A stretch of DNA of 62,639 bases, counting the filler, from Aduncisulcus paluster (lineage: Eukaryota): the NCBI GenBank assembly GCA_024181965.1. It is 5 parts of 5 records of this genome, joined end to end, with 100 filler letters (N's around TTAATTAATTAA, not from the genome) between each part and the next. Parts side by side here need not be neighbours in the genome. Positions count along the whole stretch, not along the records: positions 31,579 to 40,973 come from BQXS01010895.1; positions 41,074 to 62,639 come from BQXS01010896.1; 3 more parts are not named here. One strand, 5' to 3'. Of the stretch, positions 31,579-42,711 are shown in pieces (the stretch's first letter is position 1; each line of letters starts with the position of its first letter). A model generated the notes under the pieces. It made no database searches. It saw nothing but the letters and a program-made list of their open reading frames with translations, and was not told the DNA's origin. The position numbers and the translations under genes were made by a program.

Positions 31579-31854
31579 GAAAGAATATGAAGTCTAAAAA
31601 TAGAAATGAGAAAAATTGAAGAGTTAGAGAATCATTCAGAAAGCGTTGGAATGAATGTCTATTTTTAGAAATTCGAGAAAGAAAGGGGAAAACAACGGTA
31701 GGCTTGGTTCTAGGGGGGAAGTGTCACCTTCTCAGGATGTTCTAATTATAGAACACAAGCCTTTTCGTTTATTTAGTAAATTGTAACCAGTCAACAAGTT
31801 TGATAGGATTTTGATCAAAATGTGGCCAAACTAACTATAATGCGGTCCAATTTA

Positions 31855-32220
31855 TTAATAAACAGATCTCGAGCGAACCAATCTATTTTTAGAATGTCCC
31901 TGAGAATGGTCACCACACTTCTCTTCAATTCCTTCTCTTTTCTCGACGTCAATTGTTTCTTCGAGAAGTTTTTCATTTTTCATCCTCAGCTCTTCTAATT
32001 CCACACTTCTTTCTAAATATTCCCTTTGTTTAGCCTCAAATTTGGATAGGTCTTTAAGGTACATTGCCTTATACGTCTCCAATCTTCTGGGTTCTATTAG
32101 GTTAACCCAGGATTCCCGTCCACCCCTATTTTGGTATACCTTTAGTTCCGAGATGAACTTTGTCCAATTTTTCCGGCTTAAGGGACCAAGTTTCGGTGTT
32201 GAAACTTCCACTGAAATCAT
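31855..32220 (-). pseudogene. Short ORF, possibly a truncated gag-like/transposon-derived remnant
   Basis: 121-aa ORF with a plausible start context, lying just downstream of tRNA-Tyr near a contig end. The gag-like impression (PKL..W..F...K.Y..RGG) is weak. Confidence 0.3.
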
Positions 32221-32393
32221 GTTAATAATTTAAGAAAAAAATCGATAAACTAGAACGCTAAAACGAAACAAGTATTAATACTGTAGTTTGATAGCGGAGC
32301 TAGATCTATAACTGAGCACAATTTACTATATCTAATCGATCCATATCTAGTTCCGGCAATGTTCCACATGCCACAGTGGCAAATTATTAAAAA

Positions 32394-32475
32394 TCCTTCC
32401 ACCCGGACTCGAACCAGGAACCCTCTGATTTCTAGAAACTACAGTCAGATGCTCTTCCAATTGAGCTATAGAAGG
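32394..32475 (-). tRNA. tRNA-Tyr(GUA) with 9-nt intron (32430-32438)
   Basis: CCTTCTA/TGGAAGG-A acceptor (C1-G72, A73), GCTC D stem, TCTGA-CTGTAG[TTTCTAGAA]A-TCAGA, CCTGG-TTCGAGT-CCGGG. Confidence 0.95.
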
Positions 32476-32816
32476 TCAAATAAAATTTTATTTAAAATAT
32501 TTAAATAAATTATTCTTCCTTGTTTCCTAGAAACTTTCCTTTTTCACTCGATTTAATTTGTTATTTGTAAATGACTTGTATAATTACTATAAAATATTAG
32601 TCTATTTTTGAGAATTTGATAACCCTGTCAAAGGGTATTTTTATTAAACGAAAATTGAATAAAAGAAAAGTTATTCCTATATAAGCAGTTAAGGCAATTG
32701 TAATTTTGCTGGTTTTCAATCCCAAACTAATGGGATGAAGAAAGAAGGCAGAAAGATATTTAGAACAAGAAAAAGGATAATTCTGATAGATAAGGGATAT
32801 GAAATGTTTTTCTTTT

Positions 32817-33962
32817 TTACATTTCAGGAGAAGTGATTTGCTCGGTCACTTGATAACAGACAGGAGAGTCAGAGGTCAAAGAGACCTCGAATTCAAATTC
32901 TTCCTCGGCCTTTGATGACAAAATGAGAGCGACCCACCTGCTTTCTGAGATTTTAGTCGATAATTCTCCACCCTCGATGCTCTCGATTGAAAGACCATCG
33001 AGGGATTTGACAGGGAATTCAACATCGTCTCCAGAGACAACAATTGAAGCAATGCGTTCATCAGAGAAGGAAGCTGAAATTTCAACATCTGGCTTCCCAG
33101 AAATGAGAATCTGAGGCATAAGTTTAACATTCTTTCCATCTTCACTCATCGTGACAGGATCATATCTGTATGTTTTGGTAACTTTTTCCACCATGAGATG
33201 TTCAGTGACAAGAACTTTATGGTCGTCCTCATCACGGTCATCTCCTTCGAGATTAATCGCAAAGACACCGGAATCCTTGACTTCTTCCTCCTCCTCCTTT
33301 TCGGCGATCTCACTGGCGATGGAATTCTCAGATTCAGCATAGAGATCTCCAGAAACGTCTTCTTGCTCGCCTTCAGATGGTTCCTTGTCTAATGGAGCAA
33401 TGAAATTCTGTTCAGTGACTTGGAAACAGACGGGAGAATCGGAAGAGAGAGTAACATCGAAACTAAAGTCTTCGGTTGATGTAGAGGACAGAACAATGGC
33501 GACCCAGCGGTTAGAAGTGATTTGAGTTTTAACCTCAGAACCTTCGACTCTCTCAATTGGATGTTCGGCTCCATATGATTTAACAGGGAACTCAATTTCT
33601 TCACCTTTAACGACATAGGATACAACACGAGGATCAGATACATTAACAACGACTGAAACATCAGGTTTACCAGAAACAAGAATCTGGGGCATAGTTTTAA
33701 CGTTCTTTCCAGATTCATTCATCATGGTTGAAAGGAATCTATATGATTTAGTGACGGTTTGGACCATAAGATGTTCTGTAACAAGTATCTTAAGATCCTC
33801 TTCTTCACGATCCTCTTCACCAAGATGGATACTAAAACCATTAGTCTCCTGTTGGGGCTGACTCTGGGCTGGAGTGGTTTCTTTGGTTAATTTGGTTTGT
33901 TGTGAGGGTAAAACTTCAGCTTCTTCAGGATTTGTTGCTGCTTTGCTATTGTTACAACCCAT
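32817..33962 (-). CDS. Predicted myristoylated/palmitoylated (MGC) acidic protein with two ~145-aa homologous domains
   Basis: MGCNNSK start; repeats LVTEHLMV..VTK.YR..KNVK.MPQIL.SGKPDV..RWVA..LSS..SDSPVC.QVTEQ offset by 191 aa. Confidence 0.88.
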   Translation of the reverse strand: MGCNNSKAATNPEEAEVLPSQQTKLTKETTPAQSQPQQETNGFSIHLGEEDREEEDLKILVTEHLMVQTVTKSYRFLSTMMNESGKNVKTMPQILVSGKPDVSVVVNVSDPRVVSYVVKGEEIEFPVKSYGAEHPIERVEGSEVKTQITSNRWVAIVLSSTSTEDFSFDVTLSSDSPVCFQVTEQNFIAPLDKEPSEGEQEDVSGDLYAESENSIASEIAEKEEEEEVKDSGVFAINLEGDDRDEDDHKVLVTEHLMVEKVTKTYRYDPVTMSEDGKNVKLMPQILISGKPDVEISASFSDERIASIVVSGDDVEFPVKSLDGLSIESIEGGELSTKISESRWVALILSSKAEEEFEFEVSLTSDSPVCYQVTEQITSPEM

Positions 33963-34730
33963 GTTTTTGTTTAATTCACCAAAAATTCTGAAAATATAAT
34001 TCTGATTTGATAGAAAATAAAAAAATCTTGTTCAATGGTATCTATTACTTCTATGAAGAAATTTGACTATGAAATATTTTATTCATCCCAAAAACCCCTT
34101 TCTATTCCATGTTCAAGAGGAAGAACCCAGTCTTTTGTTCATCCATTCCCGAAATAATGAATAAAAATTAGATAATTGTGATAAAATCATATATCTATTA
34201 TTCTTTGATTATGATATCCCAGTAAAAAGTGTTGGAATTACAGGAATATTAGTTTCGATGGTTTTGCCTATTGTAATAACACACACATAAAATGAGTAAT
34301 TTTTCTTGTTGGTACTAACGTAATTTTATCATAATTTTAAGGGATTATCGATCAAAATAACATTCTTTGCTTACTTTTTTTGGCAGTATTCGTATTGATG
34401 CTGTGAGGTTGTTTATATAGTTATATTTCCAGCTTATTTTCAATGAATAATAATGTTACACTTAAATATTTGTTTTTTATTTTGATTCCTCGATTTTTCC
34501 AACCTAAAAACAGTTCCATTTTTTTTGGTGATAGTGCAAAATGTTTTGAAAATAATTTAAGGAAGAAAATAAATAAAACAACATCAATCATATTGATACC
34601 ATCACATCTATCCTCTTGATTCACCAGTCTTCTCATTGTTCTCACTTCTTTTGCCAAAATCGATTTTGTGGCAATCTATTATTACTATTGCTGAGTTATT
34701 GATCTATATTATAATCTATACTAATTGACA

Positions 34731-37700
34731 ATGGCAAATCGACCTTTTTTGTCATCAGAATTCGTCATTGTTATCGAAGAAGGAAATACTTTAGATCCTA
34801 TTAAAGCATGGGTTGGAGAAGTATGTTTGCAAAATTATCTTTAGTACAATTATCTTTTAAAGTGTATTGTCATATATTTATTTTGTTTTTTTATGTTTTT
34901 TCTCTGATTTAGATCGTTCCATCATGGACAGTTCCCAAAACCCAATACATAGAAAAGACAATAGACAACCATATTATATATCCAATTAGGCAATATCCAA
35001 TTGTGAAGTATGTTAATTTATCCTTTTTTTGTGCAAATTTGCCGCCAAGGTAATTTTATTCATTTTTTACATTTTTATCACATTTTTCTTCTGTTTTCTC
35101 CAGTCCAACAACTCCGTTATTCATAATTGATCCACTTCAAACAATCATGCTACCACTTTCATACATTTCCACAATTCGTGATCGACTTCCACCCGAAAAT
35201 AAGGAATCCTTCGTTAATTCAGTTGATTCGGCACTTCCTGTTGCTACCTTTAACGCTGAAGTTATCCCTAGCGATGGATGCTTCTGTGTTGGTGTCCCTC
35301 GAATCCATCCTCTCATTAAACAGAGGTTAAGTGTATCAAAACAACATCAACACGGTTGTTCTTCATCTATTACTGAACATAAGGTCACGGAAGAACGAAT
35401 TGAAGGTGTTGATGTTTCCTTGTCAGCCCTGCCAAGCTGTTATCCCGAACCTTCTCCAGAACAATTAAAATCAAATCCTCTTTTTCAATATCATGCTCCC
35501 TATGACCTTCCAGTGCCCAAATATACCCCATTTGACTCTCTTTTGCCTGCCTCTTCCACTCGTACCCTTGTTCCTGTTTCCCACGTTGTTATCTGCAGTG
35601 TGTGTGGCGAAAAAGAGGATGGATTGGGTATTAACGGGAGTGGCACTGGGTGGAGAGGACGCTTAGATTCTCTCGTAGAGGAAGAAGAAGGAGATGAACC
35701 GACCCAATCCCATGAAAAGCTCATCGGGTCAGATAAGGACGAAGAAGAGGATGTAGACCAGTCAACCCAAACGCCTACAGCCGACTCCCGAGCTGTTGAG
35801 TCATTAAAACGTTCCAAAGCACCTAAGTCCAAGTCGTCAACAAAGGAATCACATGCTTCTTCCGTACATTCCTCTGTCAATTCCACTTCCAAACGAATGA
35901 ATCGGTCATCGTCAAGAATTAATCGGAGCAAGCTTGGAAACACCGTGTGTTGCCTCTGTTCTGGTGATTTTGTGACAATTCGTGTTGGTGGCAAACGTTG
36001 GAGTGATCAAGGAATGCCCGTTGAATCCTTTGGAATGACTGGAAAGAACTTGTTCCAGGGGGAATCGCATCCCGAGGAAGGCAGTCGCCGTCGTAGCCTT
36101 CGTTCTGGACATAATGATGAGGCGGACCGGGGCAAGAGTCGTGGAAGATCGGCCGGGAGAAGCAGAAAAGCCGCAACCATGAACAAGGACACTGGGGATA
36201 AGTCAAAGGAAGTCACGAGGAAACCTGTGAGTATAGCACCATCATCAAGCTCTGTGGCCTCTCAGAAGAGTTCCCTGTCTTCTTCTTCTACTTTGTCCCA
36301 TGATTCAACCATCACAAGCATCCATGATGGCCCCATATCCTCCCCTTTCCCATTATCTTCCTGTCTATGTGGGGCATCAGAAGCCATAGTTAGACAGACC
36401 GGGGGAGAGTGGATTCCTTCGCTGGGTGAACGTGTTTCCCCTATTCCTGGAAACCAGTCTATTTTGGATAGCAAACCTGTTGCACGGAAGCGTGGAAGAG
36501 GGAGAGGACGCCGCGGACGAGGTCGGTCCACAAGGTCTTCCGTTGGGAGGTTGCCCAAAGGGAAAGATGTGTTGTCAAATCCTGGCGTTAACAGCCAAGA
36601 ACTTGGATACTTGCCGACTCAGCCTGATGCACCCACACTTTCTGCCCATCCCCTTGTCATTTCCTTACTAAACACGCTATTTCAGAGTGATTTTACTGGT
36701 CAGGGACCATGTGGGGTTGGTTGGGGTAACTGTGTTCTCTGTGGTATCGTTAGAAGAGTTTGTGCCTGTGCTGGTGTCGTTGAACTTTCTCAGAATGCTA
36801 TTTCCAACCCTGATCAGACTCTCGCACCGCCCGCCTCAGATGTTCCAATGAATAAGTATCCATTTGAATCCATGACTAGCCTGTCCCCTCCTTCTCTACT
36901 CACACACACCCCAGGGAGAGCTCTATGTTTTATCACTGTGGAACTGTGTATTCCGACACGTAGGAAAGAGCGTGAGAGGTGTTTGGACTGGGAAATGGAA
37001 GCAGAATGGTCTCAATGGGAACGAAATGGATTACGTAGTGACTCTGTTCCAAGAGAGACCATTTCCCTCCGTGAGTGGCAGAAAAGGATGTCCGAATGGG
37101 AAAAAGAGATGGAACGCTGGAAGAAAGAACAGATTGCTCGTGGGCACATTGGACCTTCGGATAATTCTTCAAATGCAGTCCCAAGATCTGGTAGTGGTTC
37201 TCCAGAAATAAGATTTTCCAGTGAGATTCCCTCTTCTCCTTCCCCTCTCTTCTCTCTCTCTCTTTCCTCCATATATGTTGATATTCCGGTGTATGATCCA
37301 GGGCTTGGGATTCATATCAGACGGTGGGGAAGAGCCAAAGAGATCGTCAGGCCTGCTCCCGACGGTGTCGTTGGAGACAATTCCTCGGATTCACACCGAT
37401 TCCTATATATAGATGTTGATGATATCCGTGAGATGCAAACAGATCCTTCGCTTTCTAATAATCCAGTCCATTCTGACGGTGTGGGTCTCTCAGGGGAACA
37501 TAAACCCCAGACTGTTCCATCAGAACCTCAACCAACCTCTCTTCCATCCATGGAATCAACAGTCGCTGCTCAACATCAATATCAAGACAAGGGGCAACTT
37601 CCTACTATACGGGCATCCAATAGAGATATCGATATCAGGGAGGTTGTGCTTCAATGGGGAGGTCAAGAGAAAGGAATAACTCAGGACTTGGCCAATGCTG

Positions 37701-40700
37701 TGGCAAACGTAAGGGATGAAGAGCTCCGTAGTGCTCAATCATCATCCCAACCAGAGATCGAAGCTGACACCACTTCCGTCACTTCCTCGATAACGTCTCA
37801 AGTCCAGCAACACCAACAGTCTGCTACTTCTTCTTCTCCCACGTCAGCTAACAAGAAACGTCGTCGAAGTGAACGCAAGAGTGTGAGTGGTCTCTTCAGT
37901 GATCGTCTCTCTCCGTCTCCTCCGTTGGCATTCGAAGAACACCATGGCATTAGGGTTCGTGGACATTCATCTGGTGCTTATAGGAATTGTAAGTATTTGC
38001 AATCCTCTTTCACAAGCCCCATCTCTATTCCTCTCTTCTCATCCTTTTCACTCTCCCAGACATCGAGTTTGGGATCACTTGTGGCTGTGGAACAACAGTT
38101 CAGAACCACAAGTTCCACTCCTGAATCCAAGACTGATATTAGCAAGGGAAAAGGACGTGGAGGCCGTCGTTCCTCTGCTCTTTCTTCCCCATCTGCTCTT
38201 TCTCCTCCTTCTCTTCCTCTTATCCACAGCAGAACAGTGCATAAAACACGTCTGTCCACTCTCTCAACGTTCTTCTCACCCCTCTTCCCTTCCTTGATGA
38301 AGGTAGCCTCTGATGACATTCCTTCCGAGCCCATTGAGAGTATCACGAAGGATGAAGAAGAGCAGAAGGAAGAGCTGCGTCGGAGAGAAGTCATCAAGGG
38401 GTTGAAATCCTTGCCCCATGTGAATATTGCTACCTGCCTGGATGTCATTCAGAGAGAGAAAGAGGCGGAGAAGAAGAGGGAAGAGGAGAAGATTGAACAG
38501 GAGCTGGCAGCGGAAAAGGAGGACCAGTCGAGAAGTCGTGGAGGTCGTGGAGGTACTCATAGAGTTCAGAGGAGGAAGAGTACCCGTTCGATATCAAACA
38601 GATCTCTTGGCAATGTTGTCAGCAGCGTATTGGTTAACCTGGGAGAGTTACAGACGCCTAACTATGCTGATCTTCTCGATTGTACTCCATCCGATGTTGC
38701 TACTACCCCGTGTGTCTGTTGTGGAAAAGATATCTCGAATCTCTTTCATCAATCTGTCCCTTGCTCCAGCGAGTGTGTCTGTATGTGCCAAGGATGTGAG
38801 GCTGAGTGGGTGAGAAGACAAAGTAATATCAAAATGGGATCTGAATATAGTCATGACTCATTGAGTTCCAAGGACTCAAAACTCCCTTGTATTATAACAG
38901 ATATTTTCAACAGAAGAAATGATGTAGAATTTAACGGTCATTCTTGTTCATGTCATTTATGTGAAAGTGAGGTTGTTGGAAAAGATACTCAGAGTTCTAT
39001 AAATAGAATCGCAAAGAAAAAAGAGGAAGAGGAAGAACTAATTGAGACTTTACCTCAAGGTCAATCTGGGGAAGCACCCTCCAAACAACTTCTCAGCTTT
39101 AACTCAACAAATTCTACAAATGACACCCATGTAAAATTAGCTCATAAGGATGAAGAAGAGGAAGAGATTGGGGTTCAAGAGGCCTCTCAACTTATTAAAC
39201 CTTCTGAACCTATGACCAAGAAGGGAAGAAGAAGAAGAAGAGGAGGAAGGTCAGAAAGATACATTACATTGTTCCCAAATCACATCACTCTGTCCTCTTT
39301 GTGGACATGATATTCACCATATTTGCTGCTTAATGCAGTCAAGAACAGCCATTCCTTGTTTGTCTAAGGCATATCCCCTTTTTTGTTGTCCAAAATGCCA
39401 GCGACTGTTGGAGGAAGGAGTTCATTGGAGGAAGAACACGACGTCTATTGCTGAATCTAGTCTATTTATAGCACAAATGCGCGCTTATCTTGCCCATTGT
39501 GATGTGGAAGGTGTTGATGCCGTGTGGGAGGCCAGACAACGCGAGGAAAAGATGTGGGAGCTTGCCCAGGACAAGTGGAATGAAGAAAAACAGGAATGGA
39601 AGCCGGAAGGAGAGAAAGGTGTGGATGATTCCACCATTAAGAGAGAGCTGCAAGAACCAAGAATAGATGTTGAGAAAGTTGAAGATGGAGAAAAAGATGA
39701 AGAAGAAGTAGATAAACAACAATTGCGGAGTTCTTCTCAAAAGAATCATGAAGAGGAAAGTGAGGAATCAAAGCAAAAGAAACCTGACATTTCTCCCCTT
39801 GGATTCTTGACTAAACTTCCTTTGTTGTCAAGAGTGTTCCCTCGTTTTCAGAAGATTAGAGAAGAAGCCACAAAGACCAGCGAGCATACTGTCCAATATC
39901 TCTCGGATCGACTCTCTGAAGAAAGGAAGGAGAGATCTGCAATGGTTGAGAGAGAGAGACAATTATGGATATATGGGTACATTGATGAGTCGTCTGTTAA
40001 ACAAGAAACCTGTGATCATGATCCCTCTGATGCTGATATGGACATTGGAGTGTCTAATACTACGTCAAATACTGTGGCACAAGATCAGAAGTCTGATCTC
40101 ACCCCTTCTAAACTCTCTGCTCTATCTGTACAAACTCCTTTCCTCCCGACTGAGGACTCTCTTAACATCCAGCTGTTCCAGCATGCCAAAGCCTGTCTCA
40201 CGCTCTGTGATGTGAGGGAAGAAGAAGAAGAAGAAAGGACTGAGTGATCGAGGAGATTATGGGAAAGCGGGGAGATGGAGTCTTTTGTACATGTACAGAC
40301 AATTGTGTGGGATCTGGCTTGAATGTGATGACAGAGAGGAAAGAATCCATGAAAGGTTTGTGTATCACAAGGAACAAGAGAGATACTCCTCTCGAATCAG
40401 AGAATTGGAAGCATGGAAAACATTGATGCTTGAGAGTGCAGAAAAGTCACTTCCACCTATTCCTTCTCCACCTCCTCCCCTTCCTCTACCTCCTCCACCG
40501 CCGTCTGCTATTTTACTGGTATCCCATCCTCCCTCCAACCTTCTCTCTGCTCCAAGTTCCTTGATTACGTCGTCATCAACCGGTCAAACATCTTCCCTCG
40601 CTGCGTCAGAATTATCTGCTCTCCTCTCCATCCCACCATCTTCCTTGTTCGATGTGATTAGAGATGTTGCTGACGGTTCTATGGTGTATGATTCAGATGT

Positions 40701-40973
40701 AATTCAGCCCATTGTTGACTTTATTCTATCGTTGTCCACCACCCTAGCTACTCTTGTTATCACCCCAGCTTTTATTGAGTCATCTCCAATCATAAGTCTT
40801 TCAAAGCAACTCATGTCCCATTCATTTGCACCGGCATCATCTGCTTCCAATCATCTTTCTGTATCATCTCTTTTACTCTCTTCCTCTTCCATCCCATCGG
40901 CAAGTTCCTTGTGTCGGCATGGCATTGTGAGTTTCGAGATTGAGATGCTTAGGCGGCTGTGTGTTCGTTGGTG
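34731..40973 (+). CDS. Very large Cys/His zinc-finger (PHD/ADD-like) low-complexity protein; 2 introns, 2 apparent +1 frameshifts, 3'-truncated
   Basis: Exons 34731-34820, 34913-35007 and 35104- join in frame with the 1387-aa ORF. The PHD pattern CHLC / CPLCGHDIHHIC / CPKC spans ORFs 35147 and 39333; ORF 40285 continues in the next +1 frame. Confidence 0.7.
34821..34912 (+). other. Spliceosomal intron, 92 nt, phase 0
   Basis: GTATGT donor, T-rich body, TTTAG acceptor; removal keeps the frame. Confidence 0.85.
35008..35103 (+). other. Spliceosomal intron, 96 nt, phase 2
   Basis: GTATGT donor, polypyrimidine tract, CCAG acceptor; removal joins the frame of the 35147 ORF. Confidence 0.85.
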
Positions 40974-41073
40974 NNNNNNNNNNNNNNNNNNNNNNNNNNN
41001 NNNNNNNNNNNNNNNNNTTAATTAATTAANNNNNNNNNNNNNNNNNNNNNNNNNNNNNNNNNNNNNNNNNNNN
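40974..41073. other. Artificial contig spacer
   Basis: N44-TTAATTAATTAA-N44. Confidence 0.97.
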
Positions 41074-41692
41074 TGGCCATGAATAAGAATAATCGCGTGA
41101 ATATCGAAATAAAATGTTGGCCACGATTGCAGCTCCATTCATAGCAAGTGGAGTGAGAAGAGAACGGTCTCTTGGATGTCTTTGATGTGGATGAGAATGC
41201 AAAAAATATGGTAGTGAGGAGAATAAAAATGGACAAACCCGTTTGGATTCGTTGTGTACAGGACAAACAAGGAATTACGAGGAATAGAATCATGAACAAG
41301 GTAGGAAGAGATGCCATGGGAGACATCATAAAAGTGTCACCCAAAGAATGAGGTGATACATGGTCAGAACATGGCATATGTGGAGTCTTCGTTATATTGG
41401 TGGAAGAAAATGGAGAGGAACGGCTAAAAGTAACTTTTCCAGAAGGATCGTGACAACAAGAGGAGGAAGAGCCACATTGGTCTAAAAGACGGAAATATGG
41501 AAATGTCATTGTATTATTCTCAGAGGAAAATGATGGAAAGATGTCGATTTGAAACAATGACGATAAAAGATTGAAGGATTCGTCTGGGGGTTGAATTGAA
41601 ATCGAATGATCGTAACTTGGTGTTAAAAAAATAGATGCCAATATTTTAGTGAGAAAATTCGATTTTGAGTCAAAACAAGTGAAGAGATTCAT
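41074..41692 (-). CDS. Hypothetical membrane protein N-terminus, 3'-truncated
   Basis: Ser/Phe-rich ORF with 2-3 hydrophobic segments, open to the spacer. Confidence 0.55.
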
Positions 41693-42094
41693 GGTCTATT
41701 TGATTGAAAATGAGAAAATGAATGAATGGGGATGAAATGGGGATAAAAAAATCACATCAATGGAATAATAAAGCAAATAATACATACTTTTACCAAAAAA
41801 ACTATATTTGACGTTGCCAAACCCTACAAAAATGAGTATTAATTGAATTGTTCCAACTTCGAGTGATAAATTGTTATATTTCTGTTGATAATCATTTTTA
41901 TTTCTTGTTAAAGAGAATGTTAAACATTTCTTTTGTAATCAGCCTGCAGGAGTCCAAGTTTTACTGAGTAAAATTTACTCATCAGAGAAATGTCATATTA
42001 TTATAATAATGATGAACATAACACATATCGGCATTGATGCTTCATTTAGCAAGAACCAATTTTCTCTGGTCTGGACCAAGATTTCACGAAGATT

Positions 42095-42577
42095 TCATTC
42101 AATTCCGAATTGTTTGGCTATTTCTTCTCCAGTAAACACATCTGGCTTAAATCTACACCGTATTGGAGGAACTATAAATTGTTTCTTCGGTTTCTTTGGG
42201 GGATCAACGCAAATTCCTTTTGATTCAATAATTTTAAAGGGTAATATGGTGAAGTCCACATCTTTATGGTTGTTATTTTCTGTAATATATTGTTCATGTT
42301 CATGATCTTTGACGTAAGTATGTGTTCTTTCTGTTGATGGACAATCTCTGAGATCAAGAATAGGAGGATGGGGGCGTGGGGGATTGTCACGTGGTATGGG
42401 TTGAGGTAAAGAGAGAGATAACGATGAGATAGAGGATGTTACCTTGCTAAATTCAAAAGGTTTGCGAATTTTATATTGAGTTGGTGTTTTTGGAAGACAT
42501 TTCCAAGGTTTGTCGATATCATAAGGATTATGAGCTCCAGTAAAGGTATATAGTGATGATATTTGTGAAAAATGCAT
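42095..42577 (-). CDS. Hypothetical Pro/Lys-rich protein
   Basis: First ATG at 42577 (MHFSQISS), ~160 aa; no recognisable domain. Confidence 0.6.
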   Translation of the reverse strand: MHFSQISSLYTFTGAHNPYDIDKPWKCLPKTPTQYKIRKPFEFSKVTSSISSLSLSLPQPIPRDNPPRPHPPILDLRDCPSTERTHTYVKDHEHEQYITENNNHKDVDFTILPFKIIESKGICVDPPKKPKKQFIVPPIRCRFKPDVFTGEEIAKQFGIE

Positions 42578-42711
42578 AAAAATTAATAATAAATAAAATG
42601 CGCTGTTATTTTCTCCACCATGCAACAAAATAATGAATCGAAAGTTTGGCAAAAATCATCTGCCAGATCAGTGATCGAAAGCGAAAATTGCTTTTTGGGT
42701 TAATTTGAATT

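Noticed and set aside
8636-41073. Repeated TTAATTAATTAA palindrome within N runs
   Set aside because: Artificial six-frame-stop spacer. It also means gene neighbourhood across spacers (e.g. an apparent ciliary gene cluster) is not biological.
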